Made by a program: the position numbers and the translations under genes. The notes under the pieces were generated by a model that saw nothing but the letters and a program-made list of their open reading frames with translations, did no database searches and was not told where the DNA came from. Below, piece by piece: positions 1 to 9,058 of a stretch of 64,000 nt of DNA; within the stretch, counting starts at the first letter, position 1, and every line of letters starts with the position of its first letter. Location of the stretch: contig JAZKFH010000039.1 of assembly GCA_040386535.1 (NCBI GenBank), positions 64,001 to 128,000 of the forward strand, in the 5' to 3' direction. The stretch comes from Myxococcota bacterium. Lineage in GTDB: Bacteria > Myxococcota_A > UBA796 > SXON01.

Positions 1-126
1 GGCACTCGCGTGCGAGCAGTTGATGCGGAAGACGTCGACCCCGGCGAGCAGGAGAGCGAGGATCTGTTCGGGCTCCCGCGAGGCGGGGCCCAGGGTGGCG
101 ACGATCTTGGTTCGACGTGCGTGCAT
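1..126 (-). CDS. pyk: Pyruvate kinase, N-terminal fragment (runs off the left edge)
   Basis: Manual translation of the minus strand gives [39 protein letters not shown], the [10 protein letters not shown]...RxNxSH signature. GAGG lies just upstream. Not in the ORF track. Confidence 0.9.
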   Translation of the reverse strand, partial: MHARRTKIVATLGPASREPEQILALLLAGVDVFRINCSHASA

Positions 127-160
127 GCGTCCTCGTGCGTTCCGGGGCATCTATCGGATC

Positions 161-1861
161 GTGCGCACGTCCATCGCTCCATCGCCCCATCGCGGCGCCG
201 ATCTCCTGGAGGTGATCGAGGGCGCCCTCGTCCAGGAGGGGCACCTGCTCGCCGCCGGAGAGGGGGTGGTGCTCGAGCGGCTCCGCGCGATCGATCCGCC
301 GGCGCGCGAGCTCTGGGCCCGCTTGTCGCTGCGCACGGGCGGCGCGAGCCCTTCGACGACACCTGCCGAATGCCCGGAAGGGGAGGGGACCGGCCCGCGG
401 CTGCCCCCCGTGTTCCGCGTCGCGTCGCTGCGCTACGACCTCGACCTGGCCGCGGCCGTGGCGGCGCTCGTGGCCGCCGGGCTCGCGCACACCACGATCC
501 CCGACGACCGGTGCGCTCCGGCGTTCGACGTCCCCGCGCTCCGGGCCGCCTGCGTGCGCCTCGGGCTCCCGACGGGCGGGGCGCGCGCCACCCTGGTGGA
601 GCGGCTCCGCGGGCAGCGGTGGGTGAACGAGCCCGTCGTGATGCTGGCACACCTGGAGCTCGTCGGCCGTGCCGAGCTGCTCTACTTCCAGTCGCCCTAC
701 GTGGACCGCACGAGCCTCGTGGTCGAGCGCCTCGGGCAGCTCCGGTGGCCCGCGTACGTGCCGACCGGCGGGCCCGGCCTGTTCCGCGACCGCGCCGCGC
801 TGCGCACCTACGAACGCGCCCGCGCCGCCGCGTGGACCGACGCCGACGAGCCGCTCCGCATCGTGCTCGCCGCCGCGGGCGAGGACGGGCCCCGCGCGCC
901 GCTCCGGCCCTGGCGCCGCGCGCTGGAGGCGGTCCTGGCGACCGACCCGCCCGCCGACGTGCTCGGCCGCCTCGTGGACGCGGGGGCGCCGATCCGCGCG
1001 GCGTGGGCGCTGCGCCTCGATCGGGAGGGGCGGCGCGCGGAGGCGTTGGCGGTGTGCCGCGCGGGGACTTCCGGCGTCGCGTCCGGTGGGGCCTCCGGCG
1101 GGGGCGACCGCGCGGCCGCCATCGCGCTGGAGCGCACCGGAAAGCGGCTTGCGCGCAGCCTCAACGAGGGCTGGGTGCCGCTCGACCCGCTCCGGACCGC
1201 CCCCACCCGCCGGCTCCGCCTCGCGCCCGGCCCGCGGGGCATCCGCCCGACCTGGATCGTCGACGGCGCCGCCGTGCCCGTCGAAGCCGCCGTGGTGCGG
1301 GTCCTCAACGCTGCCGGCCGCCAGGCCCACCACGGCGAAAACTGGCTGTGGACCTCGCTCTACGCGCTGGTCTTCCGCGACCTGTACTTCCTCCCCGTGC
1401 CCGGCATGCTCCCGACGGCGCGGCGCGACGGCCCCCTGGACGTCGGCACCCCCGGCTTCTACACGCGCCGCCGGGCCGAGATCGACGCGCGCCTGCACGC
1501 CCTCGCGACAGACGGTCCCGCGCCGTTCGTGGCCGGTTGGGACGGCGAGCGCCTCGCGGGGCTCTCCGCGGGCGAGGTCGTGCGCGGTTGGTCGGCCGCG
1601 ATCCCGGGCAAGACCGCGGCGGCGGTGCTCGGCCGGCTCGCGAAGGAGGGCTGGAGCGCCGCCCGCGGCCTCCCCGACCTTTATGTTTTTTCTGGGGTCG
1701 CCGGGCGGGTCGAGGGCGCGGTGCCCGCAAGGCTCGATCACGGCGATGCGCTCGTAGAGATCAAGGGACCGGGCGATTCGTTGCGCGACGAGCAGCGGGT
1801 CTGGCACGACAGGCTGCTCCAGGAGGGAATTGTCGTGGAGTTATGGGAGGTTGCGGGGTAG
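161..1861 (+). CDS. VRR-NUC domain (FAN1-like) structure-specific nuclease with a SAP-like motif
   Basis: C-terminal GLPDL...LVEIKGPGDSLRDEQRVW (PD-(D/E)xK, VRR-NUC), HGEN motif and SAP-like VPALRAACVRLGLPTGGARATLVERL. Start moved to GTG 161 because pyk occupies 1-126. Confidence 0.85.
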   Translation: MRTSIAPSPHRGADLLEVIEGALVQEGHLLAAGEGVVLERLRAIDPPARELWARLSLRTGGASPSTTPAECPEGEGTGPRLPPVFRVASLRYDLDLAAAVAALVAAGLAHTTIPDDRCAPAFDVPALRAACVRLGLPTGGARATLVERLRGQRWVNEPVVMLAHLELVGRAELLYFQSPYVDRTSLVVERLGQLRWPAYVPTGGPGLFRDRAALRTYERARAAAWTDADEPLRIVLAAAGEDGPRAPLRPWRRALEAVLATDPPADVLGRLVDAGAPIRAAWALRLDREGRRAEALAVCRAGTSGVASGGASGGGDRAAAIALERTGKRLARSLNEGWVPLDPLRTAPTRRLRLAPGPRGIRPTWIVDGAAVPVEAAVVRVLNAAGRQAHHGENWLWTSLYALVFRDLYFLPVPGMLPTARRDGPLDVGTPGFYTRRRAEIDARLHALATDGPAPFVAGWDGERLAGLSAGEVVRGWSAAIPGKTAAAVLGRLAKEGWSAARGLPDLYVFSGVAGRVEGAVPARLDHGDALVEIKGPGDSLRDEQRVWHDRLLQEGIVVELWEVAG

Positions 1862-1918
1862 ATCCTCCAAACCGGATGAAAGGCAGCTTCAACGCCCACT
1901 CTTCGTGAGGGAGGGGGA

Positions 1919-1946
1919 TTGACACGTCAACGGGGGGTGGTAGGCT
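1919..1946 (+). promoter_or_regulatory. Sigma70-type promoter with a palindrome over the -35
   Basis: TTGACA (1919-1924), 16-nt spacer, TAGGCT (1941-1946). TTGAC-AC-GTCAA inverted repeat at 1919-1930. Confidence 0.55.
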
Positions 1947-2020
1947 GTGGGGGTGAGGTCTTCCCTGAAGGTTTCACGCAGTACAGGTCAGCGAACAGGA
2001 CCACCGGGAGGAGAAACCCC

Positions 2021-2284
2021 ATGCCGATCGCCAACGCCAGGAGCCGCGAACGGGTCGCGCGCAACTTCATCAAGACCTACGGGCGCGCGCGTTTTCGTCG
2101 CCTGCTCGAGGCGCTCGCCCGTGCGGAGAGCGGCCAGGTCGTCGCGGATGAGTTCGGCGTGAGCCGCGAGCGCGTCCGCCAGTGGAAGAACACGTTCGGC
2201 ACCGTCATCACGATGTACCAGGTGCACCCCGAGGTGGAGCGCCTCCTCGCCGAGCGCCGGCCGATGGCGGTCGCGGCGGGGTAG
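2021..2284 (+). CDS. Small helix-turn-helix DNA-binding protein
   Basis: 87 aa with HTH pattern GQVVADEFGVSRERVRQW. GGAGG RBS before ATG 2021. Confidence 0.75.
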   Translation: MPIANARSRERVARNFIKTYGRARFRRLLEALARAESGQVVADEFGVSRERVRQWKNTFGTVITMYQVHPEVERLLAERRPMAVAAG

Positions 2285-2432
2285 TCCGGGTTCCACGCGG
2301 GACCGAAGGGGCTCGAGCAGCGCCGCGCCACGGTGCCCGGCGCCCGAGCGCGCCGACCGCGGCGCCTGAGCACGCGGACCGCACGCCGACCGCGGCGCAC
2401 CGGGTTACCCGCGAGCTTTCTCGGAGGTCCTC

Positions 2433-3689
2433 ATGTCCCGTCGTGTCTTCCTGGTCGGTGGCGCCAACACCCCGTTCGTCGGCAAGGGTCACCCCGATTT
2501 CATCTGGAAGAACCACCCCGAGTTCGGCAAGCGCGACAACCCGGGCCTGGAAGAGACGCTCCAGAGCGCCGTCGAGGCGTGCTTCGCGGTGACCGGCGTG
2601 GATCCCGAGCGGATCGACAAGGGCTACATCGGCAACTTCGTCGGCGAGCTCTTCTCCAAGCAGGGGCACCTCGGCGCTGCGCTCGCGGGCAGCCACCCGG
2701 CGCTCGCCGGCAAGCCGATGACCCGCACCGAGGGCGCCTGCGCATCCGGCGGCCTCGCGCTCCTCTGCGCGATCGACGCGATCCGCGCCGGCTACGACAC
2801 GGTCCTCGTGGCCGGGGTCGAGATCCAGTCGAACGAGAGCGCCCGCACCGGCGCCGACTACCTCGCGCGCGCCTCGCACTACAAGCGCCAGCGCTCCATC
2901 GACGACTTCACGTTCCCCGCGCTCTTCGGCCGCCGCACCAAGATCTACCGCGAGCGCTACGGCGTCTCGGAAGAGGACATCGGTCGCGTCGCGGTCAAGG
3001 CCTACGGCAACGCGAACAAGAACCCCCTCGCGCACATGAAGGCGCGCAAGATGGACCTCGACACGGCCGCCGCGTCGAGCGAGAAGAACCCCTGCTTCCT
3101 GCAGAACGCCGAGTACGCGCCCTACATCAAGATGTCGGACTGCTCGCAGGTGAGCGACGGCGGCTCGGCCGCGATCGTCGTGAGTGAAGAGGGCCTCCGC
3201 GCGATGGGCAAGACCCCGTCCGACGCCGTCGAGATCCTCGGGTACGGCCACTCCACCGCCTCGTTGTACGAGGACGGGGATCTGACCCAGCTCCACACCA
3301 CCACCGCCGCCGCGAACAAGGCGTACGCCGCCGCCGGCATCACCGCCGCCGACGTGGGCGTGGCCGAGGTGCACGACTGCTTCACCGTCACCGAGCTGCT
3401 CATGTACGAGGCGCTCGGCTTCGCCAAGCCGGGCGAGGGCGGGCAGCTCGCGCGTGAAGGCGTGACCGACATCGGCGGGCGCCTGCCGGTCAACACCGGC
3501 GGCGGGCTCATCGGCTTCGGGCATCCCGTGGGCGCGACGGGTGTCAAGCAGGTGGTGGAGCTGTTCCGCCAGCTCAAGGGCCAGGCCGGCCCCTACCAGG
3601 TGTCGAACGCGCCGCGGCACGCGGTGGCCGCCAACATGGGCGGAGACGACCGTACGTCCGTCGTCACCGTTCTCCGCAACATCGAATAG
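2433..3689 (+). CDS. SCP2-type (type-1) thiolase / acetyl-CoA acyltransferase
   Basis: EGACASGG (catalytic Cys), EVHDCF, GHPVGATG and NMGG motifs. GGAGG RBS. Confidence 0.92.
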   Translation: MSRRVFLVGGANTPFVGKGHPDFIWKNHPEFGKRDNPGLEETLQSAVEACFAVTGVDPERIDKGYIGNFVGELFSKQGHLGAALAGSHPALAGKPMTRTEGACASGGLALLCAIDAIRAGYDTVLVAGVEIQSNESARTGADYLARASHYKRQRSIDDFTFPALFGRRTKIYRERYGVSEEDIGRVAVKAYGNANKNPLAHMKARKMDLDTAAASSEKNPCFLQNAEYAPYIKMSDCSQVSDGGSAAIVVSEEGLRAMGKTPSDAVEILGYGHSTASLYEDGDLTQLHTTTAAANKAYAAAGITAADVGVAEVHDCFTVTELLMYEALGFAKPGEGGQLAREGVTDIGGRLPVNTGGGLIGFGHPVGATGVKQVVELFRQLKGQAGPYQVSNAPRHAVAANMGGDDRTSVVTVLRNIE

Positions 3690-3730
3690 CTGTCCGTCCC
3701 CGGCGTAGGCCTGGGGCGATGGAGGTCCGG

Positions 3731-4324
3731 ATGAAGACTTGGCTCCCCTACGTGGTCGCGGCGGTGCTCGGGATCGGCGTGGCCCTGCTCGCCTTCGGGC
3801 CGGGCATGGGTGGTGGTGGTTCCTCCACCGAGGGCCCCGACGGGGTCGCGAAGGTCGAGAAGAAGGTCCAGACCGTCGACCAGCTCCGCTACGAGCGCAG
3901 CTCCGCAGAGGTGGTGGCCGACGCGACGGCCAACCCGCCCCCGCCGCCGGGCACCCTCCGGCCGCAGAACAAGGCCGAGATCGAGCACGCGGCCAAGCTC
4001 GCGCGCCCCTTCAACAAGCACAACAACCACGTCAGCGCGTTCTGGAAGCGGGCCGCCCAGCTCGTCTCCGATCCGGAGCTGGCGGCGGAGTGCGGGGCGA
4101 TGTCGCGCTACCTGCGTGACCAGGCCTCCCTGGCGGACGACTCGATCGACATCGCCGGCACCGTCGCCAAGGAGCAGGAGCTCTCGAAGAAGGTGCGCGC
4201 CGCGGCGAACGGCAACGCCGACCTCGTCGGGATCGTCGACTACATCGACGCCTCGACCCAGGCCGTGCTCGACGGGGTCGATCCGACCACGGTCCCCAAG
4301 CCGGGCCAGACCGCGGCGCAGTAG
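3731..4324 (+). CDS. Hypothetical membrane-anchored protein
   Basis: N-terminal hydrophobic helix, GC3-rich codons, GGAGG before ATG 3731. Confidence 0.7.
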   Translation: MKTWLPYVVAAVLGIGVALLAFGPGMGGGGSSTEGPDGVAKVEKKVQTVDQLRYERSSAEVVADATANPPPPPGTLRPQNKAEIEHAAKLARPFNKHNNHVSAFWKRAAQLVSDPELAAECGAMSRYLRDQASLADDSIDIAGTVAKEQELSKKVRAAANGNADLVGIVDYIDASTQAVLDGVDPTTVPKPGQTAAQ

Positions 4325-4330
4325 GGGCCG

Positions 4331-4367
4331 GCCCCGCCCGCCGGCACGTGGCCGAGCGAGGCGGGGC
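4331..4367. terminator. GC-rich hairpin between convergent genes
   Basis: GCCCCGCC...GGCGGGGC inverted repeat between the stops at 4324 and 4382. No U-tract. Confidence 0.35.
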
Positions 4368-4381
4368 TCCCTGGAACGCTC

Positions 4382-7300
4382 CTAGCGCCGGCCGACGGCC
4401 GACTCGGCCGCGGCGCTGGTCAGGGCGTCCTTCTGGGCCGAGGTGATCGTTCCCGCCCGCACGAGCGCGTTGGCCCCTTGGGTGACACAGCTCACGTAGG
4501 CGCCGTGGTTGCGCCAGGTGGCCGTGGGCGAGCAGGTCTGGGCCACCGAGCAGCCCGTGCTCAGCGCGGGGGTGCCGACCGGCGTGCCCGTGCAGGAGTC
4601 GCTGCCATTGGCCACTCCGTCTCCGTCACTGTCCGCGTCGCACGCGTCTCCCTGGCCGTCGCCATCGGTGTCGAGCTGCGCGGCGTTCGCCACCAGCGGG
4701 CAGTTGTCGGTGTCGTCGATCACGCGGTCGGCGTCACTGTCCTGCTCGCAGACGTTGCCGATGCTGTCCCCATCGGCATCGGCCTGGTCGCTGTTCGCCA
4801 CGCCTTCGCAGTTGTCATCGGACTCGCACAGCCCGTCGTTGTCCCCGTCGTTCTGCAGGTCCAGCGGACACGAGTCCTGGCAGTCGGGCAGGCCGTCGCC
4901 ATCGGTGTCGAGGAGGTCGTCCTCGCCCTGGCAGATGTCCTCGCTGTCGCAGGAGCCGTCCAGGTCGCTGTCATCGCCGGCATCGACGGGGCAGGGGTCG
5001 TCCAGGCCACAGACGCTGTCCATGTCCACGTCGTTGGTGGGGTCGAGGGGACACACGGTGTCGCAGGCGCTGGGGATGCCGTCCGCGTCGGGGTCGATGG
5101 TGTCATCTCCCAGGCAGACGTCCAGATCCCCGCAGACGTCGTCATTGTCGATGTCGTTCTCGGCATCGGCAGGGCAGGCATCGCAGTCATCCGCGTAGCC
5201 ATCCCCATCCGTGTCCACGAGATCATCGCCATCGAAGCAGAGGTCGTCGGTGTCGCAGACGCTGTCGCCGTCCTCATCGTCGGCGCCGAGGGGGTCCAGG
5301 GGGCACAGGTCCTCGGTGGTGCAGAGATCGTCGCTGTCCTGGTCGTTCAGCGGGTCTCCGAGGCAGGCATCGCAGGCATCGGGCACCGCGTCGCCGTCCT
5401 CGTCCACCAGGTCGCTGCCGAGCGGGCAGACATCCACGTCGTCCGGGACGCCGTCGAGGTCGGTGTCGTCCAGGCAGCCGTCGCCGTTGGCGTCGTAGAG
5501 GCCCGGGTCCTCGTCGTCGCAGCCGTCACTGTCGTCGCTGACGCCGTCGTTGTCGTCGTCCGCGTCGCAGGCATCGCCGTCGCCGTCGCCGTCGGTGTCC
5601 GCCTGGTCCGCGTTGGCGAGGAGGGCGCAGTTGTCGGAGGCGTCCGCCACCTCGTCGCCGTCGTCGTCGGTGTCCGTGGTGTCGCCGGTGCCGTCGCCAT
5701 CGCTGTCGGCCGACTCCGAGGGGTCGAAGGGGAAGGCGTCGAACGTGTCGAGCACGCCGTCGTCGTCGTCGTCGTCGTCACACGCATTTCCGAGGGCGTC
5801 GCCGTCGGTATCGGCCTGGTCAGCGTTGTAGACATCCTCGCAGTTGTCGTCCGACTCGCACGCGCCGTCGGCGTCGGCGTCGTTCTCGAAGTCGTCGGGG
5901 CAGATGTCGCAGGCATCCCCGTAGGCGTCGGGGCCGTCCGGGATGCCGTCGTCGTCGGCGTCGGTGCCATCCGGAAAACCGATGCAGAGGTCCGCGCCGT
6001 CGTCCACCCCGTCGCCGTCCCAGTCGGTGTCGCAGAGGTCACCCTCGTCGTCACCGTCGAAGTCGTCCTGGTCCTCGTTCCAGGTGGTGGGGCAGTTGTC
6101 CTCGGATGCGCAGAGGCCGTCCTCGTCGCCGTCGTTGAGGGTGTCGTCGGGACAGTCGTCGCAAGCGGAGGGGACACCGTCGCGGTCCGGATCGACGCGG
6201 TCGTTCCCGAACCGGCAGATGTCGGTGCTGTCCGGGACGCCGTCGCCGTCGCCGTCCGCGTACTCGGGCGCGATCTTGACGACCCAGTAGTCGTTGTGAC
6301 CGTAGCTGACGCTGGTCTTGGAGCCGCTCGGAGGACTGTTCGAGTGGCCGCCCATGACGTAGCCGCCGTCGCTCGTGATCTCGAGGCTGGAGATCGCCTC
6401 GTCTCCCGACCCGCCGAAGCTGCGGTCCCAGAGCTGGGTTCCGGTGGCGTCGATCTTCACCAGCCAGAAGTCGCCGGCGCCGTAGGGGAGGCTGGTCTTC
6501 GTGCCGGTGGCCCCCGAGTTGGAGAAGCCCCCGAGGACGTAGCCCCCGTCGGACGTCTGCCGAACCTCTTCGAGCACCTCCAGCTCGTTCCCACCGTAGC
6601 TGCGGTCCCAGACCCGGTTCCCGCTGGAGTTGAGCTTCACCACCCACATGTCGTAGGATCGGGTGGTGCTGGACTTGCCGGCACCCGGCCCGGAGATCGA
6701 GACGCCGCCGAGGATGTAGCCCCCATCGCTCGTCTGCTGGAGGCTGCGGAGCGAGTCCTCGGCGCTCCCACCGAAGCTGCGTTGCCAGAGCTCGTTTCCG
6801 CTCGCGTCGAGCTTCACCACCCAGTAGTCGTAGCCGCCGTAGTGGGCGGCGGTCTTGGAGCCACCCACACCCGAGGCCGACTGGCCCCCGAGGATGTAGC
6901 CGCCGTCGCTCGTCTGCTGGAGGCTGTTGAGCGTGTCCACGGCGGCTCCACCGAAGCTACGGTCCCAGAGCTGGTTCCCGCTTGCATCCAGCTTCACCAC
7001 CCAGTAGTCGTCGTTGCCATACTTGGCGCTGGTCTTGGAGCCACTCACAGCCGAGTTCGAGTAGCCGCCCAGGATGTAGCCGCCGTCGGTCGTCCGCTGA
7101 AGGGTGGTGAGATGATCGTCGCCGGTTCCACCGAAGCTTTTATCGCCGATCTTGGTTCCGCCGGAGTTGATCTCCACCAGCCAGAAGTCAAAGACGCCGT
7201 AGCTGGCGCTGGTCTTGGAGCCACTCACCCCGGAGCCCGAGCGACCGCCGAGCATGTAGCCGCCCGCGCTCGTCGGCTGGACGCTGAAGAGCGTGTCGTC

Positions 7301-7690
7301 CTGGTTTCCGCCGAAGCTGCGCTCCCAGAGCTCGCTTCCGTTGGCGTCGAGCCTCGAGATCCAGAAGTCGTAGTTGCCGGAGGAGGCGCTGGACTTGTTG
7401 CCGGCCACACCAGAGCCCGAGCGGCCGCCGAGGAGGTAGCCGCCGTCGCTCGTCTGCCCGAGGCTGAAGAGACCGTCGTCACCGGTTCCACCGGCGGAAA
7501 CCTGCCACTGTTGCTCCAATCCGGCGGCGAGGGCGGAGCCGCCGGCCACGAGCAGCGCCAGCACGCCCGCCCGCGCCAGTAGACCGGGCACCGAGCGCTT
7601 CGTATTGGGGGTCCCGAGGTCGACCTCAGGGAGGCGGGCTGGGCGCCCGCGGAGAGGGGAGCGAAGAGCGGAGCGGAGGAAGGGGCGCAT
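4382..7690 (-). CDS. Large secreted protein: beta-propeller-like repeats, thrombospondin type-3 Ca-binding repeats and a small C-terminal domain
   Basis: About 7 repeats of QTSDGGYILGG...DYWVVKLDASG..WxRSFGG, then many DxDxDGxxDxxDxC repeats, ending WRNHGAYVSCV. Start at ATG 7690 is approximate; the upstream part of the ORF overlaps the HD gene. Confidence 0.8.
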   Translation of the reverse strand: MRPFLRSALRSPLRGRPARLPEVDLGTPNTKRSVPGLLARAGVLALLVAGGSALAAGLEQQWQVSAGGTGDDGLFSLGQTSDGGYLLGGRSGSGVAGNKSSASSGNYDFWISRLDANGSELWERSFGGNQDDTLFSVQPTSAGGYMLGGRSGSGVSGSKTSASYGVFDFWLVEINSGGTKIGDKSFGGTGDDHLTTLQRTTDGGYILGGYSNSAVSGSKTSAKYGNDDYWVVKLDASGNQLWDRSFGGAAVDTLNSLQQTSDGGYILGGQSASGVGGSKTAAHYGGYDYWVVKLDASGNELWQRSFGGSAEDSLRSLQQTSDGGYILGGVSISGPGAGKSSTTRSYDMWVVKLNSSGNRVWDRSYGGNELEVLEEVRQTSDGGYVLGGFSNSGATGTKTSLPYGAGDFWLVKIDATGTQLWDRSFGGSGDEAISSLEITSDGGYVMGGHSNSPPSGSKTSVSYGHNDYWVVKIAPEYADGDGDGVPDSTDICRFGNDRVDPDRDGVPSACDDCPDDTLNDGDEDGLCASEDNCPTTWNEDQDDFDGDDEGDLCDTDWDGDGVDDGADLCIGFPDGTDADDDGIPDGPDAYGDACDICPDDFENDADADGACESDDNCEDVYNADQADTDGDALGNACDDDDDDDGVLDTFDAFPFDPSESADSDGDGTGDTTDTDDDGDEVADASDNCALLANADQADTDGDGDGDACDADDDNDGVSDDSDGCDDEDPGLYDANGDGCLDDTDLDGVPDDVDVCPLGSDLVDEDGDAVPDACDACLGDPLNDQDSDDLCTTEDLCPLDPLGADDEDGDSVCDTDDLCFDGDDLVDTDGDGYADDCDACPADAENDIDNDDVCGDLDVCLGDDTIDPDADGIPSACDTVCPLDPTNDVDMDSVCGLDDPCPVDAGDDSDLDGSCDSEDICQGEDDLLDTDGDGLPDCQDSCPLDLQNDGDNDGLCESDDNCEGVANSDQADADGDSIGNVCEQDSDADRVIDDTDNCPLVANAAQLDTDGDGQGDACDADSDGDGVANGSDSCTGTPVGTPALSTGCSVAQTCSPTATWRNHGAYVSCVTQGANALVRAGTITSAQKDALTSAAAESAVGRR

Positions 7691-7851
7691 GAGGACTCCG
7701 TCGCCGACGTGGTCGGGAACGTTGGGGAGAGGGACAGCCGACGAGGGTGCGCCGGGCGCCGTCTCTCTCGCACATGTGGACCCGAACGGCTCTTGCAGTC
7801 CCTTGCAGCCACCGCCGCGATCTACGCAGCAGGCGTCCGCTCGACAGGCAG

Positions 7852-8994
7852 CTACGCCTTGAAGAGCCGCAGCTGGACGGCCTGCCCGCGGAACGCCGCG
7901 ACCTCCGCTCGCGCCCGTTCGGCGAGCGCGCGGTCGACATAGATGCGGCGCACCTCTACGTGGGGGTCCATGCGACGGAGCACGGGGGACGCCGCGAACA
8001 CGCTGCGCACGCGGCCGTCCGTGTCGAGGATGGGGATGTCGCCGCTCGGGCGGAACGTCACCATGCGCGCGGAGCTGTCCACCCGCGGCGCCGCGCCGAG
8101 CACCTCGCCGAGGCGCGCGGCGATGGCATCGGCCTCGGCGCGTTGGGTCGGGTCTGCGCTCACCTCGAGCTCCGCGACACAAGCCGGGATCCGCCGCTCC
8201 CAGATCGCCCGCGCCGCCGGGCGTGGATCGTGGCGCAACAACTCGAACGCTCGTCCGTCGTCCCAATCGAGGAAGCCCTCGGGATCGGTGGGCCAATCGG
8301 GGAGCACGTCCTCCAGGAGCAGATCGAGCACCCGGCGCGTGCGGTGGAAGTACACCTGCTGGAACATCGAGTAGCGCGCCAGGAGCAGGCCCTCGACCGC
8401 GTGGAGCCCGGCGCCCCGCACCGCGAGCCCGCCGTCCGGCGCGGGGACCACCGACTCCACGAGCCGCGGCAGGTCGTACTCGCCGTAGCGCACGCCGCAC
8501 ATGCGGGCGTCGCGGAGCAGGTAGTCCATGCGGTCGGCGTCGAGCTGGCCGGACACGAGGGTGGAGGCGACCGGATCGCCGGTGCCGGCGATGGTGGCTG
8601 CGACCGCGGCGGGATCGACGCCGTGCGCCGCGAGCACCTCCGCCACCTCGCCGGAGCGCACGAGGGCGAGGGTCATGTGTTCGTGCGGCACGCCGCGCTC
8701 GCCCGCGTGGGAGAAGGGCGGGTGGCCGAGATCGTGGAGCAACGCGCACACGCGCACCAGCGCGATGTCTCCCGACCAGCCGGCGCGCGCGAGCGAGGCG
8801 CCGAGCAGCCCGGCGACATGGCAGGCGCCGAGCGAGTGGACGAACCGGCTGTGCTCCGCGCCCGGGTAGACGAGGTGGGTGAGGCCGAGCTGCTTCACCC
8901 GGCGCAGGCGTTGGACGGCGCGCGTGCCGACCAACGCAGCCTCGACGGGGGACAGGTCGATGAAGCCATGGATCGGGTCGCGAACGCGGTGCAT
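7852..8994 (-). CDS. HD-domain phosphohydrolase (dNTP triphosphohydrolase/SAMHD1-like family)
   Basis: RDPIHG, QRLRRVKQLG, HSRFVHSLG, LLHDLGHPPFSH, LDADRMDYLLRD and VYFH motifs. Confidence 0.92.
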   Translation of the reverse strand: MHRVRDPIHGFIDLSPVEAALVGTRAVQRLRRVKQLGLTHLVYPGAEHSRFVHSLGACHVAGLLGASLARAGWSGDIALVRVCALLHDLGHPPFSHAGERGVPHEHMTLALVRSGEVAEVLAAHGVDPAAVAATIAGTGDPVASTLVSGQLDADRMDYLLRDARMCGVRYGEYDLPRLVESVVPAPDGGLAVRGAGLHAVEGLLLARYSMFQQVYFHRTRRVLDLLLEDVLPDWPTDPEGFLDWDDGRAFELLRHDPRPAARAIWERRIPACVAELEVSADPTQRAEADAIAARLGEVLGAAPRVDSSARMVTFRPSGDIPILDTDGRVRSVFAASPVLRRMDPHVEVRRIYVDRALAERARAEVAAFRGQAVQLRLFKA

Positions 8995-9058
8995 GGGCGG
9001 CCCCTTACCCGAGGACGTCGACGGATGGGTTAGCATGCGACCGCGAGGAGACGGATCG

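Noticed and set aside
1680..1695. T6 run (CTT TAT GTT TTT TCT) in the VRR-NUC gene as a slippage site
   Set aside because: It is not an in-phase X_XXY_YYZ heptamer, it lies inside the catalytic domain, and there is no clear stimulator.
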